The position numbers were made by a program, and so were the translations under genes. This document shows positions 1 to 10,795 of a stretch of DNA of 64,000 nucleotides, one piece after another. Source of the DNA: Narcine bancroftii (lineage: Eukaryota); NCBI RefSeq assembly GCF_036971445.1, contig NC_091469.1, positions 8,742,001-8,806,000 of the forward strand, in the 5' to 3' direction. Below the pieces are notes generated by a model. That model saw nothing but the letters and a program-made list of their open reading frames with translations. It was not told the DNA's origin and did not search any database. The stretch's first letter is position 1. The number at the start of each line of letters is the position of its first letter.

Positions 1-1039
1 TTTTGCATCTCACAATCTTCACCTCAAAACCTTAAAATGTGTATTGATTTCCTCTGATGTTGAGAGTGCCTCTCCATTTCCAGGTAATGTGATAAGCAGT
101 TGACAATATATACTCCGTACACTCAATTATTCAAACTGGCAGCTTGGGTACTAATTCCAGCTCTGACAAACTTTTGTCACAGTTAATTAGCAGTGTTATG
201 ACCATGGTTATCTCTTGAAATTAATTCTGATATATAAATCAACTCCAGTGATGAAACAAATTCCCAGAAACAACAAGGATGAAAGCTTCATCAGGTTTAA
301 GGTGGACCTCGTTTTAATCTTGAAGCTCCACTCTAAGCAGATATAGAGGCTTAACATTTGATTGTTGATTTGAAGTAAAATTGACCACATCCACTAATGA
401 GCTCAGCATTTGTAAGTTGCTTGGTTCGCCTCACTGGGAAATATGTCATGCTGTGATGGTTTACATTGCAGCTGAAGGTCAGGCTGGAAAGGTTGCCTTA
501 GATGCTGCATAGAAACACAGTCACTGCTTCATTATCCAAGGAAATCTAGGTGAACTAACTGCAAATTCTGACCAATATATTTTTTAATGAATAGTCGAGC
601 TCTCTTCACTCTCTCATATGTGTATTCCCTTTAGTCCTTATCATTGTATAGAGAGCAAGCAATAAACAAATTTTTGATTTTTTTTCTTCCACCAAAATTA
701 GAAGTTTAACATTACACGCTGAGCCCAAAGCTCCAATCAATGTATTCAGAACAAAAAACTATGCAAATCTATTAAAGGAATATTTTTACCAACAATTTTC
801 TTGTAATTTTGCATTAGTCAGCCATTTTTTAAAAAAACCCACCCCACAACGTTCACACATTTAAAATGAATGACTTTCTTTGAAGCCACTATAATGTTGA
901 AAGATGTTTGAAATGATGAACAAACAATGAGGAGTTGTGGGGAGGGGGGGAGGAGGGGTGGGGCGCAGTGGTGGGAGTAGCTCAGCAGATCAGGCAGCAT
1001 CCAAAGAGAGAAATAGACAGACAAGACTGAACAGATTTA

Positions 1040-1390
1040 AGAAAGGATTCTCAACCTAAGCGTTGACAGACCATCTTTCCACAGATACTGTTTAACCTGG
1101 TGAGTACCAACTATTTTTTTTCAGTCTTGACATCTAAACCCCCTACAACTTCCCAGGTTACCTGAAAGGTCTGCACTTCCAACTGGAATAGAAGTCAATG
1201 AATTCTTATTCACCATCATCTCCCTCTGCCTAACTGAGCAGTTTCACGTTTGACTTCATTGGCTTCCTCCAAATTAAAGGTGTTGCTATGAGAAACCACT
1301 TGAGTCCTTTCCCTATTTGTCTTTCTTGGGCAAGGTGCCTTTGGTCCAGTCTGACTCATATAACTTAGCCCAAGTTTATTTCATTATATA
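1040..1390 (+). mobile_element. Degraded Penelope-like element fragments (terminal motif plus RT fragment)
   Basis: About 1240-1330 translates FTFDFIGFLQIKGVAMRNHLSP, resembling the PLE RT motif FLQIKGVAMGTRMGP. 1040-1110 resembles the PLE terminal repeat seen elsewhere in the window. Confidence 0.6.
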
Positions 1391-1419
1391 TCTCTACTCG
1401 ATATTTGAATCTCGACTAG

Positions 1420-3866
1420 GGACTGTGGGAACAAGCTGCGTCCAAGGGATGGAGCAAGCAGGTTCCGAACCGATAATGTGGCTGCAGGATCAGTAAGTGT
1501 ACTTTTGGGTCTTTCCATTAGCTAATAAGTTCTAGCTTTAAAAAGAGGGGAAGCTCAAGCTGAGAGGCCAGTGAGGAGCAGCCAGTGTGTGAGTGGCTCA
1601 GGGAAGGAATAGGGCTAAGATGCTTTGGCTCACAGGGTTTCATCAAACAGAGGCTGAGGACAAGTTTGATTCCAAAAAGGTAAGAGTTTTGATTTTAAGG
1701 TAGGAAGGGTTAATGGAGAAGGCAAATAGGGCAGTGGAATGCTTCCATTGCAGGATGTGGGAGATCTGGGACAGCATGATTGTCCCTGATAACTACACCT
1801 GCAAGAGGTACATCCAGCTGCTGGGAGTCCATGTTAAGGGACTAGAGCTGGAGCTGGATGAATTCAGGATCATTCAGGTGGTAGAGATAGTTATAGAGAG
1901 GATCTTCAGGGAAACAGTCACCCCTAAAAATCAGGACACAGGTAAATGGGTGATTGTTAGGAGAGGGAAGGGGAAGAGGCAGACAGTGCAGAGCATCCCT
2001 GTGGATGTTCCCTTCCACAACAAGTATACTATTTTAGATACTGTTGAGGGGGTTGATCTACCAGAGACAAATTGTGGTGGTCAAGTTGCTGGCACAGATG
2101 CTGGAACCTCAGCTCAGAAGGGAAGGGGGATTAAGAGGAGAGCTATGGTACTTGGGTTAGGAGAGCAGATAGAAAGTTTGGTGAATTATATTGAGGCTCC
2201 AAGATGGTATATTGTCTCCCAGGTGCTAGGGTCAGGGATGTCATAGATTATAGGAAGGGGACGACAAGTAGCCAGTAGTCGTGGTCCTTGTGGGGACCAA
2301 TGACATAGATAGAAATGAGGATGAGGTTCTGAAGAGGGAATATAGGGAGTTCAAAAGTTGTAAGCAGGACCTCAAAGGTGCTGCCTGTGCCATGTGCCAG
2401 AGAGGATAAGAACAGGAGGTGGTGGCAGATGAATGTGTGGCTGAAGAGTTGGTACAGGGGGCAGGGGTTCAGATTTCTGGATCATTGGAACCTCTTCTGG
2501 GGAAGGTCTGACCTGTACAAAAGAGATGAGCTGCACCTGAACTGGAGAGGGACCACTATCCTGGCAGGTAGGTTTACTAGAGCTGTTGGGGAGGGTTTAT
2601 ACAAGTTTGGAAGGTGGGGTGGGAATCAGAATGTGAGTGCAGAGAATAGGGTAGAAGGTCAAAAGCATTATGCTATTTGTTCTAAGTTGGTGAGGGAGAC
2701 CAGGCAGGGGGAAAAATATAAAGGTAACCAATTAGGGGTGTTTAAATGTGTCTATTTCAATGCTAGGTGTATTAGAAATAAAGGGGATGAACTTAGAGAA
2801 TGATTCAGTACATAGAACTATGATGTTGTGGCCGTTACTGAAATGTGGCTGTAGGAAGGGCAGAATTGGCTGATGTAGGTACTGGGGTTTAGGTGTTTTA
2901 AAAAGAATAGGATGGGAGGTAGAAAAGTGTGGGGAATGGAGGGTTGGGGCGGGGGAGTAGCATTAATGGTCAGGGATAGTATCACAGTTATAGAAAGGGA
3001 GGATGCAGAAGAGGAAGTGCCCACTGAGTTGGTTTGGGTGGAAGTGGGAAATAGGAAGGGAGCTATCACTGTGCTGGGAGTAGTCTATAGGCCCCCAAAT
3101 AGCCCTTGGAACATTGAAGAGCAGATAACAGGCAGATTTTGGAATGGTGCTGGAAATAGTGGGGTGTAGTTATGGGTGATTTCAACTTCCCCAATATTGA
3201 CTGTTACATATTGACTGCAAGAGGGATAGATGGGGTTGAATTTGTCAAGTGTGTTTAAGAAGGATACCTGACACAGTATGTGGACTGGCTGTACTGGATC
3301 TAGCTCTGGGGAATGAACTTGGTCAGGTGGCAGACCTCTCGGTGGGGGAGCAATTTGATGAGAGTGACCACAATTCCCTTAGCTTCAACATATCTATGGA
3401 AAAGGATAAACACAGTCAAAATCAGACAGTGCTTAACTGGGGAAGGGCTAATTATGAAAAGATGAGGCAGGAACTAGCAAGAGTAAATTAGAGATAGATG
3501 TTTAAGGGTGAAAACACAGAAGTAAGGTGGAGGAAGTTTCGAGACCACTCATGCAAGGTTCAGGATAGTTTTTTTTCCACTAGGACAAGGAAAATATGAT
3601 AGGAAAAGGGAACCATGGCTGATGAAGCAGGTCAGGCAACTAGTCAAGAGGAAGAAGGAAGTATACGTTAGATATAGGAAGCATGAAACAGGAAGGGTTC
3701 ATGAGAAGTACATGGTAGCCAGGAAGGAGCTTAAGAAAGGACTTACGAGAGCTCAAAGGGGTCATGAGAAGGCTTTGGCAAGTAGGTTTAAGGAGAATTC
3801 CAAGGTGTTTTATGCATACATGAAGAACAGAATGAAGGTGGGGCCATTAAAGGATAAAAGAGGCAA
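1420..3866 (+). mobile_element. CR1 LINE, 5' portion (5'UTR, ORF1, endonuclease of ORF2), RT missing
   Basis: ORF1 AVECFHCRMWE...; esterase motifs VGTNDI and DELHLNWRG; ORF2 APE motifs YFNARCIRNK, YDVVAVTE, GVVYRPP, GDFNFP, SDHN. Many stops and frameshifts. Confidence 0.9.
1713..2630 (+). pseudogene. CR1 ORF1 (Cys-rich N-terminus plus SGNH/GDSL esterase), disrupted
   Basis: ORFs 1713-2246 and 2378-2803 with CxxC, GTND and DxLH motifs. Confidence 0.85.
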
Positions 3867-5545
3867 CCATGCATGCCATAGACAAGTCCACACCATTCCA
3901 AGTAGAGAGCAATGCATCTGACTTTAATCAAGCAGGCAGACCCATCAGCTTTTTCTCATACACCCTACAAAGCCCTGAAATTTGCCACTCTTCCATCGAG
4001 AAGGAGGCCCAGGTCATATTGGAGGCTGTACTCCACTGGAGGCAACATCTCGCTGGGAAACAGTTCACCCTCCTCACAGATCAGTGAGCTGTAGCATTCA
4101 TGTTTAATAATACGCAAAGAGGAAAAGTCAAGAATGATAAGATCCTCAGGTGGAGAATCGAGCTGTCCACTTACAACTACGACATCCTCTACTGGCCTGG
4201 CAAACTCTGGAGCCTCTGGACACTCGATCCCGAGGAACCTGTGCTAGTGTTGAAATGGACAGACTGCAGGCTCTCCACAATGACCTTTACCACCCCAGAG
4301 TTTCTAGGTTTTTCAATTTTATCAAATCTCGAAATCTACCATACTTCATTGAGGAAGTCCAGACAATGACTAAAAACTGTCAGGTCTGTGCCAAATGCAA
4401 ATTTCAATTCTATTGGCTGAACAAAGCACATATGATCAAGGCTCTCTGCTCCTTCGAGCACCTCAGCATTGATTTCAAGGGACCTCTCCCCTACTCCAAC
4501 CAGACTGTCTACTTCCTTATTATTATTGATGAATTCTCCCATTTCACCTTCACTATACCATGCCTGGACATGACCACAGCCACAGTTATCAAGGCCCTCC
4601 ATAATATCTTCATGTTCTTTGGATACCCTGTCTTCATCCACAGTGACCGAGGGTCATCATTCATAAATGATGAGCTGCAGCAGTACCTACTGGCCATAGG
4701 CATCACCATGAGCAGGACCACCAGCTATAATCCCAGGGATAATGACCAAGTGGAAAGGGAGAACACCACAGTAAGGAAGACCATTCTCCTGGCACTGAGG
4801 TCTCTCTGTCTCCCAATGGCAAGAGTCCTCCCAGACACAGTCACTTTTATGTATGGCCACCAACAATATGCCTCATGAATGGATGTTTGTTTTTCCTAGG
4901 ATCTATGCTGCCCGCCTGGCTTACCTCCCCAGGACCAGTCCTGCTCCGGAAGCACATTAGGCGATCTAAGAGTGACCCATTGGTCGAGAGGGTCCGTCTT
5001 CTCCACGCAAACCCCCAGTAAGCCTACATTGCCTTCGCTGATGGACGTGAAGACAGAGTCTTGATCCAGCACCTTGCTCCATCGGGGGCCTCACTGCTGA
5101 CCACTGACTTTCAAAAGACACCCCCCTCACTTCAACTTTAGGGATCCTGCAATCCAACCCCTACCCCTTCCAACAATGTACTGGCTCCACACACCCCCAG
5201 CACCCCACCTGTATCTGCCCCTCAACAAACTGTTAACAGACCAACCTCACAAGCTGCTCAGGGTGCTAAGGCAATGCCCCAACCACTGCCACACTGCTCG
5301 CCGCAGCAGAGGAGACCCCAAAAGGCTTAACTTCTAAAATGTACAGTTGTTTCACCCTCTCTTTTTTCTCACCCTGCAGGACCCTTCTTAAAAAGGAGGG
5401 GTAAATGTGATAAACCACTGTAATGCCATGATTGGCTGCTGCCGGCTGGACACACCTCCCGATACCAATCCTACCCATAACCCCTTGCATGCTCCCCCTT
5501 TCTCTTTGCTTCATTCAGCCTTTTGTAATTGTTGATGCCACATCA
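3867..5545 (+). mobile_element. Gypsy LTR retrotransposon, 3' half (RNase H, integrase, PPT, 3' LTR)
   Basis: RNase H GRPISFFS..EKEA..FTLLTDQ; integrase HHCC region, SIDFKGP, IHSDRG, VEREN; PPT aaaaaggagggg 5390-5401; LTR begins TG at 5406 and ends CA at about 5545. Confidence 0.9.
4150..4878 (+). pseudogene. Gypsy integrase remnant
   Basis: ORF track 242 aa with Zn-binding region and DDE residues (IDFKG, HSDRG, VERE); frameshifted at both ends. Confidence 0.85.
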
Positions 5546-5549
5546 ATAT

Positions 5550-5890
5550 GGTAACCACTTCTCCACAGGATTGTGATGAATACGAGGATTCGAGTGGGGA
5601 AGACGGCTTCCTGATCGTGTCGGAGGTTTGGATCTGGAGCTCGAATTGCTGATGAATCGAACAGAAGTCTGTGCAGCTGCTGAGGCTTCAAGAGTGTGGG
5701 AGGCAAATCTATGGGCCATTCACCGAAGGGACTCTTTTTTTTGCTTCTCTTTCTCTTTTACTGTAAGGGGCATTAGGCAATGCTAATGGTGACTCTTTGC
5801 CTTACGGCAGGAAGAAGGAAATTTCATGCAATATTACACATTCTGTACTATTACATGACAATAAAGGAATCTTGGATCTTGAATCTTGAA
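5550..5890 (+). mobile_element. Non-autonomous retroelement 3' part with (aatcttg)n tail; same family as 15633-16305
   Basis: Shares ggcaatgct-atgg-actctttg with the reverse complement of about 15690-15720; ends aataaaggaatcttggatcttgaatcttga. Confidence 0.6.
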
Positions 5891-5904
5891 TGATTTTTAA
5901 AATA

Positions 5905-6025
5905 TATTTTTATATTTAGCCATATAGCATGGTAACAGGCCATTTCGGACCATGAGTCCATGCCACCCAATGTACTCCTCATTAACTTACACCCCAGGTA
6001 CATTTTTGAACATTTTGAATGCTGT
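5905..6025 (-). mobile_element. SINE 3' fragment (family of 41050-41290)
   Basis: Reverse complement resembles ttgggtggca...ggcctgttac of the SINE at 41050. Confidence 0.55.
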
Positions 6026-6934
6026 GATAAATGTATCATGAGAGCAGTTTATTTTTTCTAATGAAGAACAGGCTGTTGAATCTCCCTGTACTACCCTTAC
6101 CCTAACCGTAAATTACTCCAAGACCACTAAAAATCTGTCTGCACTATTGAACCAAACTCTAATTGCAAATGTAAATAAATATTAGATTTATCCTTTTATA
6201 GTTGTCATCTCTTTTTCTATCTCATGGCATTTTGTGGTCATTTAATTGATGATACCATTATAGCTTATGTGCCTTTGTGGCTGCTTCAAGAACAAATATT
6301 GCTGCATCTCTATATTGTACAACATATTTGACAAAAACTCTCATATTCATTATGAATAGAATCAAAATACATAAACTGATAAGAATGTATATCAAGAATG
6401 GTGAGAGAAGAAATTAGTCCTACTGTTTGTTGGAAAAAATGTAAAGATATATGCCGGACTTAAGAATTTAACCATATTATGGGAGCTCATTCATGTGAGG
6501 AGATGTCCATGGGTTGGACGTTTGTCATGTGTGTTGCAAGGTGATGCAGTTTCATTTCACTATACGGTTGAAAAATTACAAATTTTCTTGTAGCTCTATA
6601 AATCCCTGCACTTGATGTAGAAACGGTCAAAACAAACCAGGTGATAAATAGAATTTTTAAAAAAAACTTCAAATGCTGGAGATCTGAAATAAAAACCAAA
6701 GATTCTGGAGATGAAGTTTTCAAGCAGTTACTGTTTTTATGGCAGGTTCATCCTGGCACTCAGCTGAGATAGCTGGTCTTGGTTAGAATGAGAGAGAATA
6801 TATCTTGCTACCTGCTTCATCATTCAGACCCACTAAATGTGGTTTCACCCACCATTTTGGCCAAAGGTGGAGGTGAATCATTACATCATTGATGTAGAAT
6901 GAACAATATCAAATAGGTTAAACAAGATTTTGGG

Positions 6935-7340
6935 TCAAGTGCAATAAACAGATGTGCTGGAGAAACTCAGCAAGCAAGCTGTTCTCTGGAACCCCTCCAA
7001 ACACATCACAGAGTTCAATGCACAAACATGCTGGAGAAGCTCAATGTTTCGGGTCTGGGCCTTCATCAGCTATAAGTAAAAAGACAGAGAGGTGCTTGAA
7101 TAAATAAGTGGGGGGGAGGGGGAAGGAGAAGAGGAGGGGAAAACATTTTGGCATGCCCCTGAAATTGATTTGAGTGGACAGGTATACTGGAGGGGCTTAG
7201 AGGCCTGGACAACATCTATGAGAGGTGGGGTCAGCCAGAGTTTTGTGCCTGGGCCGTTTATCAGGTGTGGGTTGGGGTAGGCAGGCACATGAGGGGGGTG
7301 GGTGGGGGGTGGAGTAGGGTGAAGGAGGAGGAGGATGGGG
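6935..7340 (-). mobile_element. Penelope-derived terminal fragments and G-rich tract
   Basis: Two tgctggagaa-ctca motifs, gtttcgggtctgggccttcatcag (reverse complement of a hammerhead-like core), and purine-rich spacer. Confidence 0.6.
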
Positions 7341-7382
7341 GCAGAAGGAACACCCTCATTATTTCTGAGATTCTTTCTCTTT

Positions 7383-8805
7383 TAACATTATAACATTTCC
7401 ACGTATAACATTATAACAAAACCTTATAACAATTACATAACGGAATCAGGCCATATCGCCCCTTCTAGTCTGCACCAATTTAAGTGAACTCCACTAGTAC
7501 CACCTACCTGCTCCCTGCCCATAACCCTCCAACCCCCTCACACCCATGTACTCATACAACCTTCTCTTAAATGACAAAATTGACCCTGCTGCAACCATCT
7601 CTTCTGGAAGGTCATTACACTCAGTTACCACTCTGAGTGAAGAAGCTTCCTCTTAAGGTTACTTCTAAAGTTTTGCCCCCTAACCCTTAACTTACGACCC
7701 CTTGTACCAATCTCCCCTACCCTCAGGGGAAAGAGCCTACTCACATCTACTCTATCTATTCCCTTCATAATTTTAAATACTTCTATCAAATCCCCTCTCC
7801 ATCAAATAAAGTCCCAGTCTACTCAATCTTTCTCCATATTCTAGATGCTGCAATCCAGGCAACATTTTAGGAATGCACCCTCTGTCCCTTATTGATATCC
7901 TTCCTATAATTTGGAGACCAGACTGCACACAGTATTCTAAACTTGCCCTCACCAATGCCTTGAACAGTCTCAACATCACCTTCCAGCTCCTATATTATAT
8001 GCTGTGATTTATAAAGGCCAGCACAATAAAAGCCTTCTTCATCACATGAAAATCCACTTTCAAAGAACGATAAACCATAATTCCAAGATCTCTCTGTTCC
8101 TTTGCATTCCTCAATGCCTTCCCCTTTACTGCATAAGTCCTGTTTTGATTATTCTTCCCAAATGAAGCACTTCACACTTATTTACATTAAACTCCATCTG
8201 GCCACTCTTCTAAGCAGGCCAAATCCTTCTGCAGTCCCCGAAAACCATCTTCCCTATCCACAACTCCCCCTATTTTTGTATCGTCCGCATATTTACTAAC
8301 CCAATTTACCACTCCATCATCCAAATCATTAATGTAAATAACGAACAACAAGGGACCCAACACCGATCCCTGAGGCACATCGCTAGTCATTGGCCTCCAT
8401 CCTGAAAGACAATTGTCCACCATGACTCTCTGGTGTCTATATTCTAGCCACCTTTGAACCCATCTGACTAGCTCAACATTAATCCCTAGTGCCTGAACCT
8501 TCCTTACAACCTTCCATGTGGAACCTTATTGAAAGCCTTAATGAAAACCAAATAGACCACATCTACTGCTCTACCTTCTTTGACCTCTCTAGTTACTTCC
8601 TCAAAAAATTCAACAAGATTTGTCAAACATGACCTTCCCCTCACAAACCCATGTCGGGTGTCCCTGATCAATCCCTGTCCCTCTAAATACTTATACATAT
8701 TATCTCTAAGAATGCTTTATATTAGTTTACCCACCTGTGATGTCAAACTTACTGGACCTACATCTGGAGCCCTATTTAAACAGAGGAACCATGTTTGCAA
8801 CATGA
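7383..8805 (-). mobile_element. CR1 LINE 3' part (RT, 3'UTR, ataac-repeat tail)
   Basis: ORFs HGFVRGRSCLTNLVEFFE, VPQGSVLGPLLF, KYADDTK, LEYCVQ; tail (taacatta)n at 7383-7440. Confidence 0.92.
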
Positions 8806-8814
8806 ATATGATCT

Positions 8815-9024
8815 CTTAACTGCTAGCCTGAGCTCCTCCCTCCTTCTCCTCTTCATTCCTCCTCTCTCCCCTCTCCTCTCTCCCCTCTCCTCTCTCCTTT
8901 CTATTTAGATGCCCATCTGATTTTGCTCATACCTTGACGAAGGGCAAGGCCCAAAACATTGGTTACTCTTTACCAGTGGATGCTGTGTGACCTACTGAGT
9001 TTCTCAAGCACATCTGTGCATTGA
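8815..9024 (+). mobile_element. Penelope-like terminal repeat fragment with CT-rich tract and degenerate hammerhead-like core
   Basis: ttgacgaagggcaaggcccaaaacattgg at about 8934-8962, followed by gatgctgtgtgacctactgagtttctc. Confidence 0.7.
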
Positions 9025-9658
9025 ACCCTGCGATGTGTTTGGAGGTTACTGGCATATTCTGGATAACATGCAGGAAGATGGGAACAAACTCTTGGGGATT
9101 GGGGTCAGGTCTGGAAGACAAAAGACTAAGCATTTGCTAGGACTTTAAACTAGTAAGGTTGGGGACAAGGGTTCATATCTGGGAGGAGAGCAAGAACAGA
9201 GTCTTTAGGCAAAGAATAAAGGCTTTTTCACCCAATCTTGAGGTGGAACAGCAGCAGGTAATAAATAGTGGCCATAGTAACGATAGTAGAGAGGGTGAGA
9301 GGCAGAAAGTTAAATATGGAAGATCTCTGAGATGCATTTATTTCAATGCAAGGAATGTGGTAAACAAGATGGATGAACTAATGGTGTGGATTGACATGTG
9401 GCATTATGATGTGATAGCAATTAGTGAGACATGGTTGAAGGAAGGTTGTGACTGGTAGCTAAATATTCCAGGATTTTGCTGCTTTAGATGTGACAGAATT
9501 GGGGTACGAGGGGGAGGTGTGGCGTTGCTTGTCAGGGAAGATATTACAGCGGTGCTGAGGCAAGACAGACTGGAGGTCTCATCGTGGGAGGCTCTGGGGG
9601 GTGAACTAAAAAATAAGAAAGGTGAGGTTACAAATATAGGGGTATAGTATAGGCCACT

Positions 9659-10795
9659 TTCATGGCTTGGTTCAGCATCATGCTGAAGACCCCAACAATG
9701 AAGACGCTGTTTACATCCGGTACCGCACGGATGGCAGTCTCTTCAATCTGAGGCGCCTGCAAGCTCACACCAAGACACAAGAGAAACTTGTCCGTGAACT
9801 ACTCTTTGCAGATGATGCCGCTTTAGTTGCCCATTCAGAGCCAGCTCTTCAGCGCTTGACGTCCTGCTTTGCGGAAACTGCCAAAATGTTTGGCCTGGAA
9901 GTCAGCCTGAAGAAAACTGAGGTCCTCCATCAGCCAGCTCCCCACCATGACTACCAGCCCCCCCACATCTCCATCGGGCACACAAAACTCAAAACGGTCA
10001 ACCAGTTTACCTATCTCGGCTGCACCATTTCATCAGATGCAAGGATCGACAATGAGATAGACAACAGACTCGCCAAGGCAAATAGCGCCTTTGGAAGACT
10101 ACACAAAAGAGTCTGGAAAAACAACCAACTGAAAAACCTCACAAAGATAAGCGTATACAGAGCCGTTGTCATACCCACACTCCTGTTCGGCTCCGAATCA
10201 TGGGTCCTCTACCGGCACCACCTACGGCTCCTAGAACGCTTCCACCAGCGTTGTCTCCGCTCCATCCTCAACATCCATTGGAGCGCTCACACCCCTAACG
10301 TCGAGGTACTCGAGATGGCAGAGGTCGACAGCATCGAGTCCACGCTGCTGAAGATCCAGCTGCGCTGGATGGGTCACGTCTCCAGAATGGAAGACCATCG
10401 CCTTCCCAAGATCGTATTATATGGCGAGCTCTCCACTGGCCACCGTGACAGAGGTGCACCAAAGAAAAGGTACAAGGACTGCCTAAAGAAATCTCTTGGT
10501 GCCTGCCACATTGACCACCGCCAGTGGGCTGATAACGCCTCAAACCGTGCATCTTGGCGCCTCACAGTTTGGCGGGCAGCAGCCTCCTTTGAAGAAGACC
10601 GCAGAGCCCACCTCACTGACAAAAGGCAAAGGAGGAAAAACCCAACACCCAACCCCAACCAACCAATTTTCCCTTGCAACCGCTGCAATCGTGTCTGCCT
10701 GTCCCGCATCGGACTGGTCAGCCACAAACGAGCCTGCAGCTGACGTGGACTTTTTACCCCCTCCATAAATCTTCGTCCGCGAAGCCAAGCCAAAG
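9659..10795 (+). mobile_element. RTE-clade LINE, 5'-truncated with short 5' inversion; 10-bp TSD ataggccact
   Basis: Open frame with LLFADD, YLG and C-terminal CxxC..H..C; TSD at 9649-9658 and 10796-10805. Confidence 0.95.
9688..10743 (+). pseudogene. RTE ORF C-terminal fragment (RT thumb plus CCHC), uninterrupted
   Basis: 358-aa ORF in the track; nearly identical to the translation of 23427-24480. Confidence 0.9.

Noticed and set aside
9667-10743. Domesticated RT-derived gene
   Set aside because: 5'-truncated, TSD-flanked young TE copy; the apparent start lies in the inverted segment, and the open frame reflects youth.
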